Source: a virus
Direction: 5' to 3' (one strand)
Length of the DNA: 64,000 bases
IMG/VR virus record: IMGVR_UViG_3300046328_000321
Coordinates: 1 to 64,000 of that record
The translations under genes and the position numbers were made by a program. The notes under the pieces were generated by a model. It was not told where the DNA came from. It searched no databases and worked only from the letters and a program-made list of their open reading frames with translations. Within the stretch, counting starts at the first letter, position 1. Every line of letters starts with the position of its first letter. Shown here piece after piece: positions 9,986 to 21,411 of this stretch.

Positions 9986-12492
9986 ATGATGCCATCTTCT
10001 TCTCTACCCTTTAATTTAGATCTGCTAAACCTCACAGATATAGATATCAGAAGTCTACGACCTGTAAAAGTATTGGATATCACTGATGGTCTTAGTAAAA
10101 ACTTTCACCCTGATGGATTGTTCAGCACAGAAACATTTGGGATGATTGGTGAAGAGAAAAGAAATCGGATGTTCTCTTTTATAGAATTACATATACAAAT
10201 TCTTCACCCTATTGTTTTTAAAGCTGTGTATGATCTAAAAAGTCTATATGGTGACATCATGTCATCCAAAGGGTATGCTATTTTCGATCCTCAACTTAAG
10301 GACTTTGTTAAATCAGATCCTGTTGAAGGTAAAACAGGTTTTGATTTCTTTATTAAACATTTCAAAGAAATCAAATTTGAAGAAAGACCTTCTCCCAGAC
10401 GAGAGTTTAACATCAAGTTGGTGAATAAATATAGAGAAAAGGCACTGATCGATAAATTTGTAGTTATGCCTGCTGGGTTAAGAGACTACACTTTAGATGA
10501 GAATAACCAACCCAGCGAAGATGAAATCAATACTTTATATAGGAAGGTATTATCTTTAGCCGGTGTGATCGGTACAGTGGACTCTAAACTAAATGCTGAA
10601 TATTTTAACAATATGAGGTTTCAGTTACAGATTGCTTGTAACGAGATTTTTGAATATATTAAGAACTTGCTTGAAGGTAAAAGTAAACTTGTTCTAGGTA
10701 AATGGGCTGGAAGAAAAACTTTTCACTCTACTAGAAATGTGATTACTTCTTACGTAAGTAAAAACAAGAAACTATTTGGTCCTAATCATGTCTCTACCAA
10801 CCAGACTGTAGTTGGTCTTTATCAGTTTCTTAGAGCCACGTTACCTCTGTCTATTAAGAATGTCAGAGATGGTTACATGACTAAAGTATTTTCAGGTCCC
10901 AATACACCTATGATGTTAACGGATAAAAAAACACTAAAGAAAGTCATAGTACCCATTGATGGTAAGGAATACGATAAGTGGATGACCAATGAAGGTTTAG
11001 AGAAAGTGTTTGCTACTTACGGTCAAGAAAACTTAAGACACGATCATGTTGAAATAGCTGGTCATTATGCAGGACTTATTTTTAAAGGTAAGGATAATAC
11101 ATATCGTTTTCTACAAGACATAGATGAGTTACCTGAAAGATACAATAAAGAAGATGTATCGCCCATCACAGTGACAGAACTCATTATGTTAAGTGTTTAT
11201 GAAGGTTCCAGTGAAATACCTTGTTTTGTTACTCGTTATCCTGTCACAGGTTACGGCAGTATCTATCCAAGTTATGTTTATTTGAAATCTACGGTAGAGA
11301 ATGAAATTAGAATTTTGTTAGATGATAATTGGGAACCAACAGAACAAACATGTGCAGAATTTCCTACACCAGGTAGTGGTTTTTTTAATTCTTTCTCTGT
11401 GAGTAGTTCTCATTTAGGAAGATTGGGAGCTGATAAGAAGCAGTTTTTGGATATTTAAATTTGCTCTTTTACCTATAATGCGGTTTAATTAACGTTATGG
11501 TGAAAAGCATGTTTAAAAGATTTTTCCACACAGTTTTTTTGATTTACAACATTAACTGATGTGGAAAAAGCTTGAGATTGGTAATCTCATAAACAAAATT
11601 TGTTATGTCCTCTTAGGTAGTAATATCTAAAGAGTTTTTTCTTGAATTGCTAGAAAGCCTTTAGAGCTTTGTTAACCACTGCGAGACGAAAGTCAAAGCC
11701 AAGGTTTGAAAATAACAGAGATTAGGTAATCAGCAGCTAAGACGCTAAAGTCAGTTGTGAAATTGATCATGCGTAAAGTTCAACGACTAACCCTTAAGCA
11801 AGGTGTAGGAGATAGTATCTCCGAAGTGGGAAACACCCTACTGTTCTACAGAGGGTGAAGATATAGTCTGCTCCTTTGGGAAAGCCAAAGGCGGGTGTCA
11901 AAGCACACCGGGTTACTTTATGATAGGCTTGATGCCGAACGACTGTAACTGGACAATAGGTTCGATAAACGTGAATACTGATTCACAACTGTCGCCTGTG
12001 GAGGAAATACCACAGTGATAACTTCTTGAATTGCTGGGAACTCTTGTTAGACTGTTGAACTAAAGCGGAGTGTGAAAACACATACGTCTATGTTTGAAAA
12101 TCAGCAGGTAGAGACAATCAGCAGCTAAGCTCCTTTAAACTGGAGAAAGTTCAACGACCATCTCAGAAATGAGAGTAGGATCTAGTAGGTCCGAAGTGGG
12201 AAGCATCTAAACAGGTAAAGCTGAAGATGGTGATATGGTCTGTTCCTGTATGAGAATACAGGCGGGTGTCGAAGCATACCGGGTGTAAAGGGTAGGCTAT
12301 TATAGCTGAGCGGTTACATCGGACAACAAGGGTGACACGATGTCTTTGGTCTGTGTGATGAGTGAAGAATCCAAAGCAGAGATCAAAGACAAATTAAATT
12401 CTAGAAATTATTATATCGGAGTTAACAACAAGATGAATTTCAGTGGTAATGACGACATTTTGGATTTGACCTTGGCCAACATGACGAGTTAA
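9986..12492 (+). CDS. Virion RNA polymerase beta'-like catalytic subunit (phiKZ gp180-like); spliced exons 9986-11434, 11961-11966, 12331-12492 (~538 aa)
   Basis: DGLFSTETFG, TRYP motifs; joining the three exons restores LGAD-FD-GDTMSL, the DxDGD Mg-binding motif. Confidence 0.92.
11435..11960 (+). mobile_element. Group I intron 1 (no intact homing endonuclease)
   Basis: Upstream exon ends in T, intron ends in G; core motifs P gaattgctagaaa, Q aatcagcagc, R gttcaacgacta, S aagatatagtct; P7.1/P7.2 hairpins (IA-like). Confidence 0.9.
11961..11966 (+). other. 6-nt micro-exon TTCGAT (Phe-Asp of DFDGD)
   Basis: Lies exactly between the terminal G of intron 1 (ggacaatagG) and the start of intron 2; supplies the missing FD in frame. 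Confidence 0.88.
11967..12330 (+). mobile_element. Group I intron 2 (ORF-less)
   Basis: P gaattgctgggaa, Q aatcagcagc, R gttcaacgacca, S gatatggtct (P7 GACCA/TGGTC covaries with GACTA/TAGTC of the other introns); IGS GTCG pairs exon CGAT with a U.G wobble; ends ggacaacaaG before GGT GAC. Confidence 0.92.
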
Positions 12493-12496
12493 AAAT

Positions 12497-15400
12497 ATGC
12501 AAAAACTTTTTAGTCTTTTTTACAGAGAAGTAGGAGCTCGAAGAATACAAAACTTGGCCAGTCCTAAGTTGATAGACTTCAATAGCTTTCCTCGTAACTC
12601 TGTTTACCATTGTTTACAGCAGAATGACGCCAGAGATTTAGATGTATCTAAATTGTATTATAAAGGTTATAAGTCCAAGATCGCTGTGGACTATGTCATA
12701 GAAACCAATTATACAGAAGGCGGAGCTAAAAGAATTTCTTTTGTGCTCAAGAACGCTATTCGTATGTTTCATACTAAGAACAAACAATTTCAATACAGAC
12801 CAGATGCTATTTCCTTTGTAAAGGATAGTGGTGTATTGTTGGTGCAAAACTATAACTATCTGAATCAGTCTTATCGATACATGGACATGGCTTTAACGCC
12901 TTACTATATTTTTAAGAATCAATACAGCACGGTCTTGAAAACTATAGCTGATCAGATTAATAAATCTGATCGTCAGCATTTCATCTTCATAGATGTTCCC
13001 AGAGAAATACCTGCTGTTAGTTTTCTAGAACAATTTTCTAGAAATAAAGTCACAGCAGGTATGCTGTCTTTGTTCAACTCTGTGGAAAAGCTTTTAATTT
13101 TAGAACTCTATAAGTGGTTGGATAAAGAACATAGTGAAAATAGTATTTTTTCTATACTCAAAGACAAACAATTGGGCATGGTGAACTTGGTGTTCTTTAA
13201 TAAGAACGGAAAAGCTTCTGTGCTTAATTTAGGTTATATGTTCAGCTGGATCAAAGGTCATCAGAATATCATAGGCTTCACAGACACTGTACAACTTGAA
13301 GATACTCAATTACAGAGATTGTTTTTGAAGTTTCTTTTGGATATTAATACAGGCGACGATGCTGTAGAGATAGAAATACCTACCATAGATAGCATTGATC
13401 ATCCCAGAAACGAATCTGATTTGGATGAGTTTGAAGAATCTGAAACTAATTTTCCAGTCTCTGATGCTTTTATACATGGTGTCAGTAAAGATAAAAGTAA
13501 AGAAACTGTTTACAAAACTGCTGAGGTGTCTGACGATATAGACGATGGTTTAGAACAAACAGAAGATTTGGATATTATCTTAGCCAATATAGATCAGGAT
13601 TTAGAAGCCATAGATAAAGCACAGAAGACCAAACTCGCTAAAAAGGGTATGGTTATCACAGTCGATGGTAATCTGCAAGAGACTCATATTAAGAAAGAAG
13701 TTACAGAAGAAGAGGTAATGCTTGAGGTCTATGGAGATAAAACTTATCAAGAAAGTTTAAAAGCCTCTATAGATGCAGCTGCTGACACTGGTAGACTATC
13801 TGCTTCTGATTATAAGAAGTTGATTAAAGCTTCTCAAGAATTTGAAACGATGAGTAATCCTTACAATGGTAAAGAGTCTATCTCTGCCTCTAATAAGGTT
13901 ACAGTGGCTGATGTTACCATGAATGAAGAAGATAACATCATTATTGCGTCTGAATATCTTACAGACAAAACGATGAACCAATCTTCTTTACAAACTTTTG
14001 ATAAACAGTATATTAATACTGTTATGAAAAAAGACATGTTGATGTTGGTGTCTGGGTTACAAAAAGCTGGTGTACTTATTACCAATTATGAAATCCAAAG
14101 AGAAGTCAGTATCATGGGTAGTTATGATGTACACGAGGTGCAATTAAAACCTGTGGACGGTATGGCTTCAACCGTTAGATTCCGAGTACCTGTACCTGAT
14201 GAAAACGGAGTAATGAAAGTAGGTGGTAGCAGCTACAGTTATCGTAAACAGATTGTAGATTTACCTATACGCAAAATTGATCCTATCACGGTGGCTTTGT
14301 CGAGCTACTATGGTAAAACATTTGTGGCTGTTTCTGATAAAAAATCCAACAGTTCTTACGATTGGCTGTTGCGTAATATCTCTAAGATCAGCATCTCAGA
14401 CACACCGATTATTACAGACTTAGGTCCCGCTAATGTTTATAACAATCTGTTAAAAGCTCCGTATCTTTATAGTTTTTTATCTCAGAACTATAAAACGTTT
14501 AAGATTGAAGGTAATACGTTTATTTTTGATGAGCGTGAGCGTAACCTCATTATAGAAGATCATGCTAAGATCGAAAAAAACGGGAGTATCGTTTGTGGAT
14601 TTACAGCTAAACTTGAACCTATATTAATGTCAGAAACTGAAGAGTTTCTTATCTACAAAGCAGGTGGATATAACAACATCGGTCGTATCGAGGATATGTT
14701 AAAGTTAGACAAGACCAAAGCTCCTATAGACTTTACTGAACTTCGAGTCTTTGCCAAAACCATACCTGTAGGGGTTGTATTGGGTTACTATATTGGATTT
14801 GAGAAATTGTTAAAACTGACCAAAGCCAAGTATAGAATTATAGAAGGTCGCAAACAAAAAGATCTTCAGCAAGATGAGTATGCTCTGACCTTTGCAGATG
14901 TTTCGTATATTTTCACCAGAAATCAAAAAGTCACCAGTTTGATCATGTCTGGATTCTTGGAATATGAAAAAACATTAAAACAATACCCTGTTGAGTTATA
15001 TAACGATAAAGATGTTTATTTCAACTTGTTTGATAGTAAATCATTGTCTTCTTTATATATTAAAGAATTAGACATTTACAGGCAATTATTTATTGACGGT
15101 ATTACAAAGACCATCTTGGAACAGATGAACATGCCTGTGACATTCGAAGGATTGTTGGTAAAGTCAACTGAAATGTTGATTAATTATCATCATCCTGATA
15201 CTCAAGACATGGAACATATGCGTGTTCGCGGATATGAACGTTTGGCTGGTATAGTCTACAGTGAACTTTCGACAGCCATACGTCAGTTCAGAACCAAGAA
15301 TATATCCGGTAGAGCCAAGATTGACATGTCTCCGTTTGCCGTATGGTCGACGATCATGAAAGATCCAGCCATCAAGTTAGTAGAGGATATCAATCCTATA

Positions 15401-17369
15401 CAAAATATGAAAGAATCTGAGATCGTTACCTACGTAGGTGAAGGTGGTCGCGGTAAGGAATCTATGAACAAAGCCACCAGAGCTTATCATAGAAGTAACG
15501 TGGGTGTGGTATCTGAAGCTTCTGTAGATAGTGGGGATGTAGGTATTAACTTCTATCTCTCAGCCAATCCTAATTTTAAAGACATGCGTGGAGTCATCAA
15601 AACTGATAAAATAATGACTCCTTCATCCATGGTAACGACAGCTACTATGCTTGCACCAGGTAGCAGTAACGATGATTAACTGTATATAGTGAAAACTGTA
15701 TACGCTAGCTGTAATACGTTAAATTTTAAAACAGTCGAAAGATTCTTTCAATACAGAGTTTAGTCAGATAGTAAAGTGTTTTTCTCAGAAAAAATAAATC
15801 TGCTAAATATTACGGTAATGATAATAATGTTAAAGTAACAACTTTAAATTAGTGTCTTAATCAAAAAAAGTTAAAAGTTTCTTTTGCCAAACATAAATAT
15901 TCGTATTACAGTCAGCTAAGTCCTTTGAAAACGAAACTTTTCAAAGAATCTCTTTGAATTGCTAGAAAGCCTTTAGAGCTTTGTTAACCACTGCGAGACG
16001 AAAGTCAAAGCCAAGGTTTGAAAATAACAGAGATTAGGTAACCAGCAGCGAAGCTCCTTTAAACTGGAGAACGTTCAACGACTAGAGCCTTATCAGCTCG
16101 TAAAACCCCAAGCGGGGAAGAAGCGGAGAGCACCTTACTTTAACAGAAGGTGAAGATATAGTCTGTTCCTTTGGGAAAACCAAAGGTGGGTGTCGTTGCA
16201 CACCAGGTGTAAAAGGTAAGCTATATAGCTGAGCGCTTACATTGGACAATAAGGGTAAGAGAGTAAATTTTGTGCAAATTCAAATGTCTCATTTGATCGC
16301 CTGTAGGGATTATCATCAACCCATGGTAAGAACTGGTTATGAATATATCGTCTCGGGTAGAACAAGTGAACTCTTTGCTTGTAATGCCGATCAGGACGGT
16401 AAAGTATTGTCTGTGGATGATCGTGGTATCATTGTGCAATTTAAAGATGGTACTCAAAAGGGCATTCAACTGGGTCGCATTTACGGCAAGGCTGAAGGTA
16501 GTGTCTATCCCCATGATGTAAAAACACATTTATCACCAGGTGTTAAGTTCGTCAAAGGTGATAACTTGGCTTATAATTCTGGATTTTTTGAACAAGATAT
16601 ACTTGATCCCAAGCGTGTCGTGATGAAGAATTCCATGGTTATTAAAGTAGCTTTATCAGAAACTGCTCAAACACATGAGGACAGTTCTTCTGTTTCCCAT
16701 CGTGTATCAGGTATGGCTACTGCTAATACTACGAAAATGAAATCTGTCACAGTTTCTTTTAAACAGAATGTTCATAACGTAGTTCCATTTGGTAAAGAAA
16801 TTAAGCCTAATGACATCTTGATGGTATTGGAAGATGAAATCACTTCTACCGGACAATTTGATGAGGCGTCTTTATCGGTTCTAGCCGATTTATCAAAACA
16901 GACTATCAAGTCTAAATATGACGGTGTACTGGATAGAATTGAAGTTTATTACCACGGATCTAAAGAGGATATGAGTCCTTCTTTAAGAGCTTTAACTGAT
17001 AAAAGCGATAAGTTGATTTCATCTATTTGTAAGTCTACAGGGACTCCTGTTATTACAGGGGAGGTGAATGACGAGTATCGTGTTAGCGGTAGTAGACTCG
17101 GACTAGATAAGGCAGAAATCAAACTTTATATCACCATCGCTACTGATGTTGGTGTGGGTGATAAACTTGTGTTCGCTAATCAAATGAAGAGTGTGGTTGG
17201 TGAGGTTATGGATTATGATGTCCATACTGAAAGTGGTGAGCGTATAGATGCTATCTTTGGATTCAGGTCCATCATGGCTCGTGTCGTTAACTCTCCTTTT
17301 ATCATAGGTACCACTACTACGTTGTTAAGAAAAGTTGCTGAAAAAGCTGTCAAAGTTTATAAAGGTTAA
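12497..17369 (+). CDS. Virion RNA polymerase beta-like subunit (phiKZ gp178-like); spliced exons 12497-15676 and 16254-17369 (~1431 aa)
   Basis: Splicing gives SSNDD-GKRVNFVQIQMSH (equivalent to RpoB HDDANRALMGSNMQRQ); HEDS and GDKLVFANQMKSV RpoB-type motifs. Confidence 0.9.
15677..16253 (+). mobile_element. Group I intron 3
   Basis: Exon ends GAT, intron ends ggacaataaG; P gaattgctagaaa, Q aaccagcagc, R gttcaacgacta, S aagatatagtct. Confidence 0.92.
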
Positions 17370-17371
17370 TC

Positions 17372-17563
17372 ATGTCCATTCCTAATCTCAATATCCATAA
17401 TACAGTTGTTATTGCTAATGTAGGTCAAATCGTTAAAAGCGTTTTAACTAAAATTGCTGGTAACGATATCTCTAATGTTATCAATGGTTCTAAAGCCACT
17501 ACTGAAGTAATTCACACTTTGGTGAAACAGCGCATACGTTCCAAACTACTAGCTGGTAAGTAA
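17372..17563 (+). CDS. Small hypothetical protein
   Basis: 63-aa ORF abutting the RNAP gene, followed by a hairpin at ~17573-17610. Confidence 0.6.
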   Translation: MSIPNLNIHNTVVIANVGQIVKSVLTKIAGNDISNVINGSKATTEVIHTLVKQRIRSKLLAGK

Positions 17564-17637
17564 GTATTTTATACGACACCTAGCTAGATGATTCTAGCTA
17601 GGTGTTTTGTTTTCACATTCTCTTTTAGGATATCAAC

Positions 17638-19104
17638 ATGTTAGAAAAAGTTATTTTGACTTCTTCTTTTGAGCTGGGTGCTCATTACGCAAGTCAGAAA
17701 AAAGCATTAGTAGCTAATCCAAACAGTCTTTTGGGTCAATTGGTAAATCTGTCTTCTGGTCAAATCAGTGTAGACACATCAGTCATGGCTCCTGAACGAT
17801 TTACCCCTGAGTTTATCGATGGGATCTCCGAGCAAATCAGTTCTGTGACTCAGGGTACTTTGGAAACACCTACATTACACGATAATGCCATCGGTCAAAC
17901 CATCGACACGCTATCCGCTGCTGTGACTGGTCATATTTCTATAGCTCGCAATATCGTCAAGCCTCATGTTATAGAATTCATGACAGAATATGCCGAATAT
18001 TGTAATCGAACTAAATTAGTAGATCCTGCTGCTTCTTTTAATATAGTGCAAAAAGAACTACCTGCTGTTTTTGAAGATGAAAGTTTCATTGAACAGTTCA
18101 AGTATTATGAAGGCAAATCAGCTGTTATTCCTAAGACTTCTATAGATCTTGGGAATGCTGTAGTAGACGTATCTTCTTTATTAACTACAGGTTCTGCTCG
18201 CATTGACAAGCTGCTGAACGAAGCTTTGATGGAAATGGGTTCTGATTTTGCTCAGAATGTATTTGATACTTTTTTCACCATGAAGCTTAACAATTCGTTG
18301 GACATGTCTTATGCAGATATTGGTCAACGGAACTTATATGATGCTTTGTATGTTTGTCTGACTGTCTACGTCATGGCTCAAAAACTGTATGGAAATATTC
18401 CAGACAAAGCCGGTAATACTGAGTTGGTCACATATCAAGATCATATGATCCAAGTACGTGACTTTGCCGGTACCATGATCAACGTTCTAATTAAACGTGC
18501 CTACTTCATGATCAAAAACAATACCATGATTTTGAAGAACGACAGTGCTAAACGTACAATCTATGTACAAGGAGCAGTCTATCGTACTTTTCTTGAACAA
18601 GGTGGTAATGTCGAAATGGTATTAGGTGTTTGTGCCACAGATAGTGGGCTAACCTCTTTGACCTCTATTTTAGACAGTCGCGATATCCTCGTTCGTGGTT
18701 GGAACTCTTATTGCTCATTCACTGCTGTTTCAGGTGAAAATGCACGTTTGGATAACACTCGGTTATATCTCATGACTGTATTTAACACAGCCATGAGTAA
18801 TTTATCCCATGTGGAAAAAGAATATCTCACCAAAGATTCTCAGTACGTTCAAACCGCAAGTAAACTGGCTACTGAGTATGTGAAATGTTTAAAGATGAAT
18901 GACTTAGATCTTATCGGTGAGTTAAGTCTTAACTTGATGGCTCGCTGCCGATTCTATTTTACAGCAGGTTATCAAATTTTGTCTGGTATTGAACAAGCTA
19001 GTAAAATCAGCACTAATTTAGATCCACGCGAAGCTGCTTTGGTTTCGGCCATCAACTACGTGACTGATTTCTTAATTGATCAAATCACTCCTGTACAAGC
19101 ATGA
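17638..19104 (+). CDS. Conserved phiKZ-like hypothetical protein (gp177 position)
   Basis: 488-aa ORF with RBS, between the RNAP and protease genes. Confidence 0.6.
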   Translation: MLEKVILTSSFELGAHYASQKKALVANPNSLLGQLVNLSSGQISVDTSVMAPERFTPEFIDGISEQISSVTQGTLETPTLHDNAIGQTIDTLSAAVTGHISIARNIVKPHVIEFMTEYAEYCNRTKLVDPAASFNIVQKELPAVFEDESFIEQFKYYEGKSAVIPKTSIDLGNAVVDVSSLLTTGSARIDKLLNEALMEMGSDFAQNVFDTFFTMKLNNSLDMSYADIGQRNLYDALYVCLTVYVMAQKLYGNIPDKAGNTELVTYQDHMIQVRDFAGTMINVLIKRAYFMIKNNTMILKNDSAKRTIYVQGAVYRTFLEQGGNVEMVLGVCATDSGLTSLTSILDSRDILVRGWNSYCSFTAVSGENARLDNTRLYLMTVFNTAMSNLSHVEKEYLTKDSQYVQTASKLATEYVKCLKMNDLDLIGELSLNLMARCRFYFTAGYQILSGIEQASKISTNLDPREAALVSAINYVTDFLIDQITPVQA

Positions 19105-19814
19105 AATATACACGCTCTTCAGCATGTAAAGTCAATCTAGTAGATAACGGTAAGGGACAAATACTTACAAAACAAAATTGTAAGATACAAGTTCCTTTTC
19201 GTTATTCTACAAGAGGTCTTGGAGAAGTCAGTGTTGACACTCGTATCTATGGGTGTTTTCCTGTAATTTTTGAGAATGGACAATACACACTCTGTAATGT
19301 AACTTCTGTGATAGAAATCAATCCGTTTAAAACTTCTGTGGTTTTAATTGATGAAGTTGAATATCATCAATTTGAATTCAGAGCTGGAGACGTAGTTATA
19401 AAGAATACCGAAGTGGTGAGAGATGACTTATTGATGTATAACATCTTTGATGAGTTCATCTTTAAAGGTAAGATACCTTGGTATATGGGTTATGATGACT
19501 TAGGTAAGTTGTTCGATACAGCTGCAAGCCATGCTGGTAGCAATGTGGGTGATAATTATGAAGTGATTGAATTAATTGCTTCTATGGTAACCCGCAGTAA
19601 AGAAGACAGAAGTAAGTACATTAGATCTGTTGCTGAAACGTATGCCGATGTGTCCGATGGTAAAATAGATTACGTTCCTTTAAGCAGTGTTTTCTATTCA
19701 GTTAACAGTACAGTTAATAAAATTGCCGGTAGTTACTTCACAGACGGTGTTGTAAGTGCATTGGTAGTACCTACTGCCAAAGTCGATAAGATCGAAAGTA
19801 TTTTACGAGCTTAA
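19101..19814 (+). CDS. Conserved phiKZ-like hypothetical protein (gp176 position)
   Basis: 237 aa, ATGA overlap with the upstream gene; hairpin terminator at 19813-19846. Confidence 0.6.
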   Translation: MKYTRSSACKVNLVDNGKGQILTKQNCKIQVPFRYSTRGLGEVSVDTRIYGCFPVIFENGQYTLCNVTSVIEINPFKTSVVLIDEVEYHQFEFRAGDVVIKNTEVVRDDLLMYNIFDEFIFKGKIPWYMGYDDLGKLFDTAASHAGSNVGDNYEVIELIASMVTRSKEDRSKYIRSVAETYADVSDGKIDYVPLSSVFYSVNSTVNKIAGSYFTDGVVSALVVPTAKVDKIESILRA

Positions 19815-19896
19815 GTTATATGGGGTCATATGACCCCATATAACTTTTATGCTTTTAATTAAATCCAGTGGTAATATTTACTTGTATTTAATAAGG

Positions 19897-20670
19897 ATGA
19901 TCATGGGGCAAATTAAATTTACGTCTACCAGACTAGAAGGTACTGGTAAAAAAGGATTGCTTAAAGCTGATGCCGCTGGATATTATACACTACCTGTAGG
20001 TGGTCTTAATGTTTTTAATAGCGTAGGTCAATTCTATACAGCTGATGGTGCTAAAAAATTGTTTGAGTCCAGCAGCATCTTCATGCGTCGAGTTAAATCA
20101 GGTTGTTTAAAAGGTGAATCCGGTCACCCTAAACGGTTACCTGGTATGTCTATGGATGACTATCTAAATCGTATCTTAACCATTGAAGAAACCAATGTAG
20201 TTTGTCATTTTTCTGAGATTTGGTTAGATGAAGACTTTGGACGTAAACATCCTAAGTTCAATAATCCTAATTTAATCGCTATCATGGCTAGGGTAAAACC
20301 TGCTGGTCCCCATGCAAACTCTTTAGAGACTTCTTTAAATAATCCTGAAGAGGAAGTATGTTTTTCCATTAGGGCACTCACCAGAGACTTCTCATTCAAA
20401 GGTGTCACTCATCGTGTCTTGGAACAAATTGTTACATGGGATAATGTGGTGGAACCTGGATTGTCTTTAGCTAAAAAGACTTACAGTCCTGTATTAGAAT
20501 GTATGGTAGAACAAAATGTAAAAATTAGCCAATTAGAAAAACTGGCTAAGAACATAGGTGGTTTGGTGGCCACAGAATCTTCTTTGGAATTAGCTAAGGA
20601 AGCCTATGAGATAGCTACTCGTGCAAATGAAGTTAAACTAGTTACACTTCCCTCATTTTCACGTTGGTAA
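19897..20670 (+). CDS. Prohead maturation serine protease (phiKZ gp175-like)
   Basis: GESGHP (His), FSIRA (Ser), TWDNVVEPG (Asp) motifs; synteny; start 19897 or 19903 after AAGGA. Confidence 0.8.
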   Translation: MIMGQIKFTSTRLEGTGKKGLLKADAAGYYTLPVGGLNVFNSVGQFYTADGAKKLFESSSIFMRRVKSGCLKGESGHPKRLPGMSMDDYLNRILTIEETNVVCHFSEIWLDEDFGRKHPKFNNPNLIAIMARVKPAGPHANSLETSLNNPEEEVCFSIRALTRDFSFKGVTHRVLEQIVTWDNVVEPGLSLAKKTYSPVLECMVEQNVKISQLEKLAKNIGGLVATESSLELAKEAYEIATRANEVKLVTLPSFSRW

Positions 20671-20852
20671 ACCATATACGACTTCCTTCAGTGGAAGTCG
20701 TATATGGTGTGTATTTTTTACAATAGATGTAATTTATTATGGCTGAATATACACCAGCCTTTGTAAAAGCGTATAATCACTCATACTTTATCTGACTAAA
20801 TATAGTCAACTTTTGCAAAAGTCGTCTTTCAATTTAAACTTAAGGAACCATA

Positions 20853-21323
20853 ATGTCCGAATCCAAACTCAAAGAACGCATTCTTGACTTGGCAGCAAAA
20901 ATTGAATCTAGTATTAAATTAGACAAAGCCACCGGTGTTGGTGTCAGTGAGGGTGATGTCTATGGTGAAAACTTGCCTGAAGGTATTACGATAGATACAG
21001 TCAATACTGTAAACGCATACGATGCTGATTATGTCGCAGCTGGGACATATGCTTTTGGACGTATGTCGACTGAGGTTATGAAAGGTGTCAAGAAACTGAC
21101 CAAGACAGAAGTTGAAATCCCTATGGGACCAAACAAAATGTCAGTGACCTTCGACCGTCAACGTGAGTATACCAACTCTCTGGCTAAAGAAGGCGAACCT
21201 AATAAAATCGTAAAATACGGTGTAGCTACAACAACTTTTGAAGTTCGCGGCGGTAAGAATTCTGGTGAGTTGAAAAAAGCACGCCAAGAACTTAACCAGT
21301 TGGCTGAAAAGCTGTTGGGTTAA
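20853..21323 (+). CDS. Hypothetical protein
   Basis: Strong AAGGA RBS, own terminator at 21331-21380. Confidence 0.75.
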   Translation: MSESKLKERILDLAAKIESSIKLDKATGVGVSEGDVYGENLPEGITIDTVNTVNAYDADYVAAGTYAFGRMSTEVMKGVKKLTKTEVEIPMGPNKMSVTFDRQREYTNSLAKEGEPNKIVKYGVATTTFEVRGGKNSGELKKARQELNQLAEKLLG

Positions 21324-21411
21324 AATAAGTTATGTGGGTGACGTAGTAACAAATATAAGTTACTACGTCACCCATATTTTATCTTTAATAAAATTTTATT
21401 AGGTAACGATT

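Noticed and set aside
9947-11458. Truncated or pseudogenised RNAP beta' lacking DxDGD
   Set aside because: The motif is restored by removing two group I introns; KKQFLDI* is intron sequence
16242-17369. Independent 375-aa RNAP gene starting at TTG
   Set aside because: The start lies inside intron 3; this is exon 2 of the beta-like subunit
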